Shown: positions 48,657 to 59,160 of the stretch, in pieces | How positions within the stretch are numbered: position 1 is the first letter of the stretch | Layout: each line of letters starts with the position of its first letter | Source: Candidatus Amesbacteria bacterium | Lineage (GTDB): Bacteria > Patescibacteriota > Microgenomatia > CAZETR01 > Amesbacteraceae | DNA length: 64,000 nt | NCBI GenBank assembly: GCA_027371535.1 | Contig: DAHXMV010000004.1 | Location: forward strand, 3,666 to 67,665 | Direction: 5' to 3' | Position numbers and translations under genes: made by a program | Notes under the pieces: generated by a model | Seen by the model: only the letters and a program-made list of their open reading frames with translations | The model's database searches: none | What the model was told of the DNA's origin: nothing

Positions 48657-51278
48657 TTGAAAACAAGCGGCGTTTTTTACGGGACAAGGCCATGTTATGA
48701 TCATTATATATCATTCATGTCCAAGTCATCCTGGTATGATGTGTGGCAGGAAAAACAAATGAGGTTAACCGGCCGAAAACCAAAAATCAGAGGGAAGTGG
48801 TGGGTTTACCTGGCCGCCACGGCTTTTTTCGGGATATTGGCCAGCTGGGTGGTATTGCTTTTGGTATTTGCGTATTTTGCCAAAGACTTACCCAGCCCGG
48901 ACAGCGTGGTAAGAACCTCCGGTTTTTCCAGTAAAATATTTGATCGCAACGGAAAACTGCTGTATGACGTGTTTAACGGTGAGAGGCAGACGCCGGTGAA
49001 GATAACGGAAGTACCTAAAACTCTGACTGAAGCGACAGTAGCCGTGGAAGATAAGAATTTCTACACCAATCGGGGAGTAGACACGCTGACCCCCTTAAGA
49101 ATTTTATATAATCTGGCATTCAAGGGGAGAATCATCGGCGGTTCGACCTTGACCCAGCAACTGGTAAAAAATGCCCTCCTGACTAATGAGAGAACTATAA
49201 CCAGGAAGATAAAAGAATTTATTCTGACGTTGCAGGTGGACAGCAAATACAGCAAGAACCAGATTCTGGAGATGTATCTGAATGAGGTGCCTTACGGCGG
49301 AACGGCCAAGGGGGTGGGAGAGGCAGCGGAACTGTATTTCGGAAAGAAGATATCGGAGGTGAACCTGGCAGAATCGGCGATTTTGGCGGGTTTACCCCAG
49401 TCCCCGACCGAATACTCGCCGTATACGGGAAAATTATATATTAACCGAGCCAAGGAGGTTCTGAGGCGGATGCGGGAAGACGGATATATCAGCAGCCAGC
49501 TGGAAAAAGACACTGATGCGAGTCTTTCCGGGGTACTCATTTCCACTTCTTCGGGGGAATTGCGGGCACCGCACTTTGTATTTTATGTCAAACAACAATT
49601 GGCAGCCAAATACGGGGAACAGGTCCTGGAACAGGGCGGCCTGAGAGTGACGACCACGCTGGATTTGGATTTACAAAATAAGGTTCAGCAGATTGTCAGC
49701 CAGGAAATAAATAAGGTAAAGATTTATAAAATTTCCAACGGAGCGGCGGTGGTGATGGATGTGAAAACCGGGCAGATACTGGCGATGGTAGGCAGTAAGG
49801 ATTGGAATGACCAGACGGACGGAAAATTTAACGTGGTGACCGCACTGAGACAACCGGGATCTTCGATTAAACCGGTCGTTTATCTGGAAGCGCTGAAAAA
49901 GGGCTACACTGCTTCGACAATGCTGATGGATGTCCAGACGTCTTTTCCCGGGGGTGATAAGCCGGAATACGTTCCTGTCGATTATGACGGCAAGTGGCGG
50001 GGTCCGGTACTCGTCCGTGATGCACTGGGCAACTCGTTGAATATCCCGGCGGTAAAAATGGTGGCCCTGGTCGGTGTCAAGGATATGCTGGCACAAGCCT
50101 ATGACATGGGCTTTAATTCGCTTAATCCGACACCGGACTTATTGAAACGGGTGGGATTATCCATAGCTCTGGGCGGCGGCGAAGTCAGTCTGTTGGACGA
50201 AGCCACGGCATACAGCGCTTTCGGAAACGGTGGTAATAAAGTGGATGCCGTATCTATTCTGAAAGTGACGGATGTCAACGGTAAAGTATTGGAAGAGTGG
50301 AAACCCAGCCAGGGCAGACAAGTAATGACTCCGTCGGAGGCATTTATAATTTCCGATATTCTGTCCGATAAGAATGCCCGGAAAATTACATTCGGGGTTA
50401 ACAGCATGTTTGAAATACCTAACCATACGGTAGCCGTCAAGACCGGAACTACAAATGACAAAAAAGATAACTGGACGATCGGCTGGACGCCCTCGTATAT
50501 TGCCGGGGTATGGGTGGGCAACAATGACGGTACACCGATGAAACAAGTGGCCTCCGGCGTGACCGGTGCCTCACCTATCTGGCGAAGGATAATTATGGAA
50601 GTTTTGAAAAATACTCCAGAAGAACCTTTTTATAAACCGGATGATATTTTACAGGTAAATGTGGATAAAATTTCCGGATACAGGGCACATGACGGTTTTG
50701 ATTCCAAACCGGAATATTTTATTAAAGGAACCGAACCCTGGGCGAATGATCCGACACATGTCATGCTGAAGCTCTGCAAGGGGCAGGATAAACTGGCAAA
50801 CCCTTCAGATGTGGCCAGCGGGAATTATGACATAAAAGAATACTTTATATTCAGGGAGGAGGATCCGTTTATTGCCGAAGACAAGACTAATAAATGGCAG
50901 GAAGGGATTCAAAACTGGCTGAATACGCAAGCAGATCCGAAGTATCATCCCCCGAAGGATAACTGCAACAGCAGCAGTCCAATCTGGCTGTCGATGGTCA
51001 GCCCAACCGATAAATCCAGAATTAACGGGAATGACGTGGATATCAAAGTAAATGTAACCAATACCAATCCGATTCAGAAGGTGGAGTTTTACATCGACGG
51101 TAGTCTGAAGTTTACATCTACAAATTCTCCTTATGAAGTTACCGTACCCAATGTCACTGATGGTTACCACCGAATTGATATCAAGGCATATGATGATCAC
51201 GGCAACGTCGGGTCGATGTACATCCAGGTATCCGTGAACCGGGATTATGCAGATCCGACACCTACCCCAGGGCCTTAA
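48657..51278 (+). CDS. Class A penicillin-binding protein (PBP1A-type, bifunctional GT51 glycosyltransferase/transpeptidase) with a C-terminal Ig-like extension
   Basis: GT51 EDKNFYTNRGVD and RKIKEF motifs. Transpeptidase SSIKP, SLN and KTGTT motifs. A C-terminal beta-sandwich is present (VEFYIDGSLKFTST...YHRIDIKAYDDHGNVG). The start is ambiguous among three in-frame Met. Confidence 0.85.
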   Translation: MKTSGVFYGTRPCYDHYISFMSKSSWYDVWQEKQMRLTGRKPKIRGKWWVYLAATAFFGILASWVVLLLVFAYFAKDLPSPDSVVRTSGFSSKIFDRNGKLLYDVFNGERQTPVKITEVPKTLTEATVAVEDKNFYTNRGVDTLTPLRILYNLAFKGRIIGGSTLTQQLVKNALLTNERTITRKIKEFILTLQVDSKYSKNQILEMYLNEVPYGGTAKGVGEAAELYFGKKISEVNLAESAILAGLPQSPTEYSPYTGKLYINRAKEVLRRMREDGYISSQLEKDTDASLSGVLISTSSGELRAPHFVFYVKQQLAAKYGEQVLEQGGLRVTTTLDLDLQNKVQQIVSQEINKVKIYKISNGAAVVMDVKTGQILAMVGSKDWNDQTDGKFNVVTALRQPGSSIKPVVYLEALKKGYTASTMLMDVQTSFPGGDKPEYVPVDYDGKWRGPVLVRDALGNSLNIPAVKMVALVGVKDMLAQAYDMGFNSLNPTPDLLKRVGLSIALGGGEVSLLDEATAYSAFGNGGNKVDAVSILKVTDVNGKVLEEWKPSQGRQVMTPSEAFIISDILSDKNARKITFGVNSMFEIPNHTVAVKTGTTNDKKDNWTIGWTPSYIAGVWVGNNDGTPMKQVASGVTGASPIWRRIIMEVLKNTPEEPFYKPDDILQVNVDKISGYRAHDGFDSKPEYFIKGTEPWANDPTHVMLKLCKGQDKLANPSDVASGNYDIKEYFIFREEDPFIAEDKTNKWQEGIQNWLNTQADPKYHPPKDNCNSSSPIWLSMVSPTDKSRINGNDVDIKVNVTNTNPIQKVEFYIDGSLKFTSTNSPYEVTVPNVTDGYHRIDIKAYDDHGNVGSMYIQVSVNRDYADPTPTPGP

Positions 51279-52609
51279 TTCAGGTTATGAGTTTCGTATA
51301 AAAGCGGCAGAGTGATTTCGGATACAGATGTATCGGATTTAATTTTTTCAGACAGTCCCTGTCTTTGAGGATTTTCACCGTGAGTTATGAATACCTGTCT
51401 GACACTGTGGATGTTTTTGAGCCAATTAATCAGCCGGGGCTGGTCGGCATGAGAACTCATAGATTCCAATTTGGTGATATGGGCGTGAACCGGCAGAATT
51501 TCTTTATAAATACTGACCTCGGAAACACCGTTTTCCAGCTCACGGCCCAACGTACCGGGCGCCTGAAAACCGACAATTAAAATTCTGGTTGCCGGGTCGG
51601 AAAGATAGTTTTTTAAGTGATGCAGAATCCGGCCCCCGCTCATCATACCGGAACCGGCGATGATTATTTTCGGGCCATGGCGGTCAAGGATTTTTTTGCT
51701 ATCTTCGGAGCCTTTTGTAAGGATCAGATTGGGGAAGTCAAAAGGGTGACGGTCTCCAGTCAGTTCCGGATTATATAAATTGGGATACGCTTTAAAAATA
51801 GCCGTGACCTGGATAGCCATGGGACTATCCAAATAAACCGGCATGTCAGGCGGAAGCTGCCGGTTTTGGGAAATATGGCTTAATAAATGGAGTATTTCCT
51901 GGGTACGTTCGATTGAAAATGCGGGAATGATCAAAACTCCGCCGGTGTTTCGGATCCGGCTTATTTCCCCGGTCAGCACATCCTGAACGTTTTCTTCGGG
52001 ATGAACGGAATTACCGTAGGTGGATTCGATCACCACCCAGTCAGCCGCGGAGATGCTTTCCGTGGGTTGAATCAGATCTTCGGGGGTATTGCCCAGATCG
52101 CCGGAAAAAACCAGTTTGCGGTCGGCGAATTGGATTTCAATACTGGCAGATCCCAAAATATGACCGGCGTTCTTGAAGTTTATCGCAAACTCTCCTATAG
52201 TCAGCGGCTGATCATAAGCAACTATTTGGGCCCGATCCAATAGCCGGTCTACGTCATCTTTGGTGAAAAGAGGCTGTTTATCAGTGTTTTCCTGAGCTAT
52301 GGCCGCCGCGTCAGCCAGCGAAACAGCGGTGATTTTTTGCGTGGGTTCGGTCATATAAATTTGGCCGCGGTAACCCTGAGGAAGCAATACGGGCAACCGG
52401 CCACAGTGATCCAAATGGGCGTGGGTAAGAATAACAGCTTTTATCCGACCCGGATCGAATGCCAGGGGAGCAAAATTTAATTTTTCTAATTCCTCAGAAC
52501 CCTGGAAAATGCCGTAATCAATCAGCAGTTCTCCCCCATCATTTCCGGTTAAAAGGTATCCCGAACCGGTTACTCCGCCGCTGGCACCTAAAAATTTAAT
52601 ACCGGCCAT
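51275..52609 (-). CDS. MBL-fold beta-CASP family hydrolase (RNA-metabolising metallo-beta-lactamase)
   Basis: VILTHAHLDHCGRLP (HxHxDH) plus downstream beta-CASP-type His/Asp motifs (SGDLGN..., HADQP, ITHGE). Confidence 0.7.
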   Translation of the reverse strand: MAGIKFLGASGGVTGSGYLLTGNDGGELLIDYGIFQGSEELEKLNFAPLAFDPGRIKAVILTHAHLDHCGRLPVLLPQGYRGQIYMTEPTQKITAVSLADAAAIAQENTDKQPLFTKDDVDRLLDRAQIVAYDQPLTIGEFAINFKNAGHILGSASIEIQFADRKLVFSGDLGNTPEDLIQPTESISAADWVVIESTYGNSVHPEENVQDVLTGEISRIRNTGGVLIIPAFSIERTQEILHLLSHISQNRQLPPDMPVYLDSPMAIQVTAIFKAYPNLYNPELTGDRHPFDFPNLILTKGSEDSKKILDRHGPKIIIAGSGMMSGGRILHHLKNYLSDPATRILIVGFQAPGTLGRELENGVSEVSIYKEILPVHAHITKLESMSSHADQPRLINWLKNIHSVRQVFITHGENPQRQGLSEKIKSDTSVSEITLPLLYETHNLN

Positions 52610-52693
52610 ATTTAAATACTATCATGACACAAAGGAGAGATTATGAGAAGGATCACAGTTTAGATGGCGATGTGAGAATAATATGGAAGACAT

Positions 52694-53146
52694 ATGGATG
52701 AAACCCAGGTAACCCCACCAACGCCTGAAAAAAAAGCGGCCGGACAGAAATCACTAATCTGGGGATTAGTGGTACTGATAGTTTTGGCGCTGGGGTATAT
52801 GTTATTTAAACCGGGGAAAAATACAGAGGGGGTGTTGCCAAACCAAGCCGGAGCAAATAATACCGCGAATACCCAGCAGGAAAATATTACAGGGACAGAG
52901 TTCAGTTTTTCACCGTCAACGTTTACGGTAAAAAAAGGCCGGCCGGTAAATATAGTGTTTAGAAATGACGGCAAATACCCTCATAACCTGACCATCGGCA
53001 GCCTGAATGTGGCGACCAAGACGATTGATCCGGGGAGCCGGGATACGGTAACTTTTACGCCTCAAAATTCAGGACAATTTCAATTTTCGTGTACCGTACC
53101 GGGACATGCAGACAGGGGCATGGTGGGGATGATGACGGTGGAATAA
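52694..53146 (+). CDS. Cupredoxin (type 1 blue-copper, plastocyanin/azurin-like) with an N-terminal membrane anchor
   Basis: Type 1 Cu ligand set: His in GKYPHNL, then Cys-x2-His-x4-Met in FSCTVPGHADRGMVGMM. Confidence 0.65.
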   Translation: MDETQVTPPTPEKKAAGQKSLIWGLVVLIVLALGYMLFKPGKNTEGVLPNQAGANNTANTQQENITGTEFSFSPSTFTVKKGRPVNIVFRNDGKYPHNLTIGSLNVATKTIDPGSRDTVTFTPQNSGQFQFSCTVPGHADRGMVGMMTVE

Positions 53147-53160
53147 TCAGCACTGAAAAA

Positions 53161-54987
53161 TTATAATGCTTTGGTAAGCTTTTCCCTGATGGGAGCAATA
53201 TCCACAGAACTCAGTTGTTTTATATCGGAATGATAAGTAATTTTTAGTGTCAGTTTGGTATCAAATTTGTCTTTAAGTTCAATGTTTTTTATTAAGGGAC
53301 TCAGGGAATATAATTTTTTTATAGTTTGGGCATAGTTTCCGGTATAAGGCAGATTGACGTCTTCAAAAATCGGAGTGAACTTGGATATCGGGGTGAAAGG
53401 GTGAAGGTCGGTGGCGAAATCTAGCAGTTCGGAAAGGGCAATTTCCCAATAGAAAATTCCGGAGTCGGAAATAATTCGGGGCGTCAGATTGAGAACACCG
53501 ATATCCTTTAACAGACTTTCAATCCGGCCTTTGAATTTATAATAATCAATGTCAGTGGTAGTGACTATCAGCCGGGATTGCTCAACCGGAAGATTATGTT
53601 TTCGGGGCAAATAAACATTGGCAATTTCGTAAAAATTCAGGGTGTCTGCCTTGCCCAGGTTTTGGCTGATTACCTGCCGGTGTGACGGAAATAAAGATGT
53701 CCGCAGGTATACCCATTCCGATGTCAGGGGGTTTTTTAATTTCAAACCGTCATCTCTGGCAACCAGAGAGTAGGTGTAGATTTCAGTAAAATTAAAATAT
53801 TTGAGAGCTGTCCTGATGCGATTTTCCCAGTAAAAAGCGGAATTGTGATCCGGCGGCGGCAGGGGTCCGGACATCAGGACCGGTTGGATATTATGATAGC
53901 CATATATTCTGGCAACTTCTTCTACGACGTCCTCGGGAAGACGGATATCCGCTTGGCGCCAGGGGGGAGGGATTACAGTCAGAATGTCACCGGTAACCGA
54001 AACCTGAAAATCCAGGCGGGTTAAAATATCCAGCACCTGTTTTTGACCGACTTCCTGGCCAATAAGGCGGGAGATCAACCCCAGCGGCAGGGTCACCGGT
54101 TCGGATTTTTGAGGATGCGGATACAGGTCGATCAGGCGGCTGATTTTTACCCCGGGATATATTTGGGTAATCAGATCCAACATTCTGGACATAGCCAATA
54201 GCGATGTGGCGGGATTAATATCTTTTTCCAGTAAAGTGGCGGCCTGGGTTCTGATGGCATGAGTCATGGAAGCAAACCGAACCCGGGCGTGGTCAACGTC
54301 GTCGACAAATAGAAGTGCGGAAGTGGTGTTTTCCACAACCACGCTATTGGCGGTGCCCATGACGGACGGGAGATCAATGATATTTCCGGTGCCATCGTCG
54401 ATGACTACTTCACCGCCTGCCAGAACATAGGTTTTGTTATCCAAAGTGGTGATTTGTTCGCCTTTTAACGCTTCACGGATTAACATTTGATGGGTCGTCA
54501 GCCTGTCGAAGTCAAAGACGTGACAGGGATGACCGGTCTCCCACATGACATAATTGGTGATATCCACGAGATTATTCAGAGGACGCTGACCAACGGCATT
54601 TAACCTGTCCTGAAGCCATTTCGGAGATGGTTCAACTTTAATACCCTCCAATTTGAGAGCCAGTATTCTCTGACACAACCGGGAATTGTTATCAATTGTG
54701 AAACCGGGAATGGTGCCAGATTTAATTGATCCGGGTAACAAGGGTTTTAACCGGGCAGTAAAACCAAACTGAGGCAGGATGGCGGCCGCTTCCCGGGCAA
54801 TCCCGTAGACGGACATGCAGTCAACCCGGTTAGTGGTGACTTCGATATCATAAACTACGTCACCCGCGGTTTTAACAGTTCTTTCAACAGAAGGGCCGCA
54901 AAGGGAAAGACCTTTTTGGATATCTTTGGGTGAGGCATCGGTAATCAGATATTCTCTGAGCCAGGAATCGGGAATTAAAATATTCAT
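53161..54987 (-). CDS. pheT: Phenylalanine--tRNA ligase beta subunit (shortened form)
   Basis: N-terminus MNILIPDSWLREYL, B3/4 and B5 regions, and its operon position after pheS. 608 aa against about 800 typical. Confidence 0.85.
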   Translation of the reverse strand: MNILIPDSWLREYLITDASPKDIQKGLSLCGPSVERTVKTAGDVVYDIEVTTNRVDCMSVYGIAREAAAILPQFGFTARLKPLLPGSIKSGTIPGFTIDNNSRLCQRILALKLEGIKVEPSPKWLQDRLNAVGQRPLNNLVDITNYVMWETGHPCHVFDFDRLTTHQMLIREALKGEQITTLDNKTYVLAGGEVVIDDGTGNIIDLPSVMGTANSVVVENTTSALLFVDDVDHARVRFASMTHAIRTQAATLLEKDINPATSLLAMSRMLDLITQIYPGVKISRLIDLYPHPQKSEPVTLPLGLISRLIGQEVGQKQVLDILTRLDFQVSVTGDILTVIPPPWRQADIRLPEDVVEEVARIYGYHNIQPVLMSGPLPPPDHNSAFYWENRIRTALKYFNFTEIYTYSLVARDDGLKLKNPLTSEWVYLRTSLFPSHRQVISQNLGKADTLNFYEIANVYLPRKHNLPVEQSRLIVTTTDIDYYKFKGRIESLLKDIGVLNLTPRIISDSGIFYWEIALSELLDFATDLHPFTPISKFTPIFEDVNLPYTGNYAQTIKKLYSLSPLIKNIELKDKFDTKLTLKITYHSDIKQLSSVDIAPIREKLTKAL

Positions 54988-54988
54988 T

Positions 54989-56062
54989 TTAAAATTGATT
55001 TAAGAATCTGATATCGTTGTCATATAACAGGCGAATGTCGTCGATCCGGGTGCCGGATTTCATCATATAGCAGCGTTCCACTCCCCAGCCGAAAGCAAAA
55101 CCGGTATACTTTCGGGGATCGATTTTTCCGGCTTTTAAAACGTTGGGGTGGACCATGCCCGAACCGCCCAGTTCCAGCCAGCCTTCCTTGCACAATTTAC
55201 AGCCCTTGCCATTACAAATCCCGCAGCTGATATCAACTTCAAATGAGGGTTCGGTAAACTGAAAGTGATAAGGCCTTAACCGCGAGGTGCGGTTTTCGCC
55301 AAAAAAGGTTTTGACGAAATATTCAATAGTTCCGCGGAGATTGGCAATGGAAATGCCTTCATCAATGACCAAACCTTCGAACTGGTGAAACATGGCGGTA
55401 TGAGACACGTCCGACTGGCGGCGGTAACATTTGGCGATATTGATCATTCTGACCGGAGGTTTGCCTACCCGCAGCATTTCCCGGACCTGACCGTTGGAAG
55501 TGTGGGGGGTAAGGACGATTTTGCCCATTTCGGGATCCGGGTCAGCTTCGACAAAGAAAGTCTCCCAGTCATCCCGGGCAGGGTGATTTTCAGGAAAATT
55601 AAGGGCTCCGAAGGCAAAATAATCCCATTCGACTTCCGGATAGCGGACCCGGGTAAAACCGATTTTTTCAAAGGCGGTACTGATTTCATTGATAGCGTAA
55701 GTAACCGGGTGAAGGTGGCCAATGGGGACCGGAGTCCCGGGAAGGGTGGAGTCATATTCAATTTTTAATTTTAAATTTTGAATTTTTGAACCCGAGGTTT
55801 CAAGGGCAATAGAAATGGCGGACTTAACGTCATTAAAAAGCAGGCCGATTTCGGCTTTTTCTTCCGGTTTTAAGCTTTTGAAGGTTTTGGCGATTTCGTT
55901 AAGGTCTCCGTTTTTGCCCAAATATTGGATCCGGATTCTTTCCAGATCTTCCGGACCGGTGGCACTGAGGATCTGGGCCAGGGCTTCATTTTTTATATTT
56001 TGCAGTTTTTCCTGCATAGGATGATTATAAAATAAAAACTCCCCTTTCGGGGAGATCTCCAA
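54989..56062 (-). CDS. pheS: Phenylalanine--tRNA ligase alpha subunit
   Basis: Class II motifs 2 and 3 (FRPSYFPFTEPS-like FQFTEPSFEVD; GFAFGWGVERC). Confidence 0.9.
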   Translation of the reverse strand: MEISPKGEFLFYNHPMQEKLQNIKNEALAQILSATGPEDLERIRIQYLGKNGDLNEIAKTFKSLKPEEKAEIGLLFNDVKSAISIALETSGSKIQNLKLKIEYDSTLPGTPVPIGHLHPVTYAINEISTAFEKIGFTRVRYPEVEWDYFAFGALNFPENHPARDDWETFFVEADPDPEMGKIVLTPHTSNGQVREMLRVGKPPVRMINIAKCYRRQSDVSHTAMFHQFEGLVIDEGISIANLRGTIEYFVKTFFGENRTSRLRPYHFQFTEPSFEVDISCGICNGKGCKLCKEGWLELGGSGMVHPNVLKAGKIDPRKYTGFAFGWGVERCYMMKSGTRIDDIRLLYDNDIRFLNQF

Positions 56063-56080
56063 AAAATTGGCTTTACTCCC

Positions 56081-56431
56081 CTACTTTGGGATTGTAAAAC
56101 CGGCGGATTTAACGATTCCGGCAAATACCTTGGGTTCTTTAGTAACCAGTTCGGACAGAATTTTCCGGTCCAGCCGGATTCCGGATTTTTTAAGGGCAGA
56201 AACAAACACAGAATATTTGATACCCATTTCTGCCAGGGCACCATTTATTCTGACGATCCATAAGGCTCTGAGATCGCGTTTTTTAAGTTTCCGGCCGGCA
56301 AACGCATACTGGCCGGCATGCATAACCGCTTCCCGGGCAACTTTATACAACCGGTGTTTTGTCATCCGGTAACCCTTGGCGTAATTCAGAATTTTATTGT
56401 GGCGCTGGCGGCGGGGAGACTTGACTCGCAT
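56081..56431 (-). CDS. rplT: 50S ribosomal protein L20
   Basis: MRVKSPRRQRHNKILNYAKGYR matches the L20 N-terminus. Confidence 0.92.
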   Translation of the reverse strand: MRVKSPRRQRHNKILNYAKGYRMTKHRLYKVAREAVMHAGQYAFAGRKLKKRDLRALWIVRINGALAEMGIKYSVFVSALKKSGIRLDRKILSELVTKEPKVFAGIVKSAGFTIPK

Positions 56432-56474
56432 ACTTTAGAGAAATTTAAAATTTATAATTTAAAATTTAATAACT

Positions 56475-56672
56475 TCAGGCGCGGGCAACGAGGCGTTTGA
56501 CGCGTCGGGCCATTTTACCAGAAACCAAGCGGTTTTTCTTGTAAGACCGCAGTTGGGATTTGGATTTATTTCTTCTTAAATGACGGCTGAAAGCCACCCG
56601 ACGCAGAACCTTGCCGGTTTTGGAAATTCTGAAGCGGCGGAAGGCTGATTTATTGGTTTTTTGCTTGGCCAT
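56475..56672 (-). CDS. rpmI: 50S ribosomal protein L35
   Basis: MAKQKTNKSAFRRFRISKTGKVLRR; 65 aa, basic. Confidence 0.9.
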   Translation of the reverse strand: MAKQKTNKSAFRRFRISKTGKVLRRVAFSRHLRRNKSKSQLRSYKKNRLVSGKMARRVKRLVARA

Positions 56673-56696
56673 CCGGTCAATTATACAATACCCGGA

Positions 56697-57215
56697 TCAT
56701 TTTTTCTTTGCGGGGGTCAGAGTGGCCATATACTGGCGGCCGACCCATTTGGCGGGCTGATCTACGGTAGACAAATCAACAAGCGCCGTGAAAGCTTTAT
56801 TCATCATAATGTCCCCGAATTCCTTTTTAGTCAGCTGGCGGCCAACAAATTTGACGGAAATACGGATTTTATTGCCGTCTGATAAAAATTCCTTGCCGCG
56901 GTTCAGTTTGGTCTGGAAGTCGTTTTCAGCCATAAAGGGGGTAAGCCGGATTTCTTTGAGCTCTACTTTTTTGGCAGCTGCCCGCTGGACCCGTTCTTTT
57001 TTGGAGAGCTGATAAAGGAATTTTTTAAAATCGATGAGTTTGACCACCGGCGGGACCGCCATGGGGGCTATTTCCACTGCATCAACGCCATCCGTGGCCG
57101 CCTGGGAAAGGGCTTCAGACAGGCTGACGATGCCGATCTGTGTACCATCCTCCCTTAAAAGCCTCACTTCCCTGGCGTGAATCTGATGATTGATCCTGTA
57201 GTTTAGTTCGCTCAC
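56697..57215 (-). CDS. infC: Translation initiation factor IF-3
   Basis: INHQIHAREVRLLREDGTQIGIVS N-domain plus C-domain, in the operon position thrS-infC-rpmI-rplT. Confidence 0.9.
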   Translation of the reverse strand: MSELNYRINHQIHAREVRLLREDGTQIGIVSLSEALSQAATDGVDAVEIAPMAVPPVVKLIDFKKFLYQLSKKERVQRAAAKKVELKEIRLTPFMAENDFQTKLNRGKEFLSDGNKIRISVKFVGRQLTKKEFGDIMMNKAFTALVDLSTVDQPAKWVGRQYMATLTPAKKK

Positions 57216-57295
57216 TTAACTTGTAAATTATAACATATGTATAACTCTCCCCTAACCCCTCCCTTAAATTAAGGGAGGGGGATAAAAGGGGTGAG

Positions 57296-59041
57296 TTAAA
57301 TAATCTTATCCTTTATTTCCTTTTGGATATTATCAATAAAAGTTTCTATCGGGAAAGGGCCATCCGGCTTGCCTGATCTGGCACGTTCGGTGACGGTTTG
57401 GGAAGCAACTTCTTTGTCACCGACTACTAGCATATAGGAGACTTTTTCCAATTGGGCGTCGCGGATACGGCCTGTCAGTGGTTCATTTCGGGAATCCAAT
57501 TCCGCCCGGATTCCGGCAGCCAACAATTTTTGATAAATATCTTTAGCGTATTCAAGGTGTTTTTCGGTTATCGGCAGGACTTTTACCTGGACCGGCGTCA
57601 GCCAGGTGGGAAAATTTCCGGCAAAATGTTCGAGGAGAACGCCTACAAACCGTTCACTTGAACCCAGGGGGGCCCGGTGCTGAACTACTACATATTTTTC
57701 AGATCCGTCTCTGTCGATATATTTGAGATCAAAGCGGCGGGGCATAAACAGGTCTATCTGGTTGGTGGATATACCATATTCGGTACCGATGGCGGATTTG
57801 ATTTTAAAGTCCATTTTCGGGCCGTAATGAGCGGCGCCTTCATTCTGAACGATATATTTGACTCCCGATTTATCCAATGCCTGACGGGACATGGCTTCGG
57901 CTTTTTGCCATAGCTCTTCCTCGCCGTGATATTTATCCATTTTGGCCGGATCTCTGAGACATAGGGCAATGTAATAATCTTTTAAACCCAATGTGTCGTA
58001 ATAATATTTGTGCAGGTTAATAATCTCTACAAATACGTCTACCGACTGCTCCTCGGTGCAGTACACATGGGCGTCATTTTGGACAAATACCCGGGGTCTT
58101 AAAATACCATTTAAAGCTCCGGCATTTTCGTACCTGGCCACCGTACCGTATTCGGCCAATTTAACGGGTAATTCACGATAACTTCTGGTTTTATGTTTGA
58201 AGATCATATGATGGAAGGGGCAATTCATAGGCTTGATATAGTAGGTATCCTCCTGATCATCTCCGGGGACGGTGACTTTGTACATTTCGTCTTCAAAATA
58301 GGGGACATGGGCAGACTTGATGAACAGCTCCCTTTTGGTAATAAAAGGTGTGCTGACGCGCTGATAACCCCATTTATTTTCCGTTTCCCGGCCCCATTTT
58401 TCCAGCTCGTCTTTGATGATTGTGCCTTTGGGAAGCCATAAAGGCAGACCGGGTCCGACTTCTTCGGCAAAAGTAAATATTTCCAGATCCTTACCGAGTT
58501 TTCTGTGATCGCGTTTTTTAACTTCCTCCAGCTGATTTAAATAATCAGTCAAACCTTTGGCTGTCGGCCAGCAGGTTCCATAAATACGAGTAAGCATTTT
58601 GTTTTTTTCAGATCCGCGCCAGTAAGCCCCGGCGACGGAGAGCAACTTAAAATGTTTGAGGTCGGATTTGGGATGGGGGGTGTGGCCTCCGCGACAAAGA
58701 TCTGTAAAATCTCCCGATTTATAAAAAGTGAGCACTTCTCCCCTATTCGTGATTTCATTAATCAGTTCCAATTTATAAGGATCATGGGCAAATTGTTTTT
58801 TAGCCTCATCGGAATTAATTTCAATTTTTTCAAAACCGGTCCAGGTTTTGGATATGTCATGCATTTTTGCCTCCAAGCCTGGGAAATCGGCTTCGGAAAT
58901 TTTGGTGTCGCCAAAATCAAAATCATAATAAAAACCGTTTTCGATAGCCGGGCCGAGAGTCGGCATGGCCTGAGGCCATAAAGAAGTGACAGCAGCTGCC
59001 AGTAAATGCGAGCAGGAATGATTTAGATTTTCGAGATTCAT
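57296..59041 (-). CDS. thrS: Threonine--tRNA ligase (lacks the N-terminal TGS domain)
   Basis: Editing-domain HSCSHLLA, class II catalytic core (FRPRVFVQNDAHVY-like motifs) and a C-terminal anticodon-binding domain. 581 aa. Confidence 0.92.
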   Translation of the reverse strand: MNLENLNHSCSHLLAAAVTSLWPQAMPTLGPAIENGFYYDFDFGDTKISEADFPGLEAKMHDISKTWTGFEKIEINSDEAKKQFAHDPYKLELINEITNRGEVLTFYKSGDFTDLCRGGHTPHPKSDLKHFKLLSVAGAYWRGSEKNKMLTRIYGTCWPTAKGLTDYLNQLEEVKKRDHRKLGKDLEIFTFAEEVGPGLPLWLPKGTIIKDELEKWGRETENKWGYQRVSTPFITKRELFIKSAHVPYFEDEMYKVTVPGDDQEDTYYIKPMNCPFHHMIFKHKTRSYRELPVKLAEYGTVARYENAGALNGILRPRVFVQNDAHVYCTEEQSVDVFVEIINLHKYYYDTLGLKDYYIALCLRDPAKMDKYHGEEELWQKAEAMSRQALDKSGVKYIVQNEGAAHYGPKMDFKIKSAIGTEYGISTNQIDLFMPRRFDLKYIDRDGSEKYVVVQHRAPLGSSERFVGVLLEHFAGNFPTWLTPVQVKVLPITEKHLEYAKDIYQKLLAAGIRAELDSRNEPLTGRIRDAQLEKVSYMLVVGDKEVASQTVTERARSGKPDGPFPIETFIDNIQKEIKDKII

Positions 59042-59160
59042 AATAAAAAACCACCTCTTTTGTCAGACCCGGGGTTCCATCTGACTACTATGGTGGCTTA
59101 ATTTTTTATTTAACCTCGGCAGGTGGTGAATCTGCCTGATAACGTTAAATATCCATTAAG

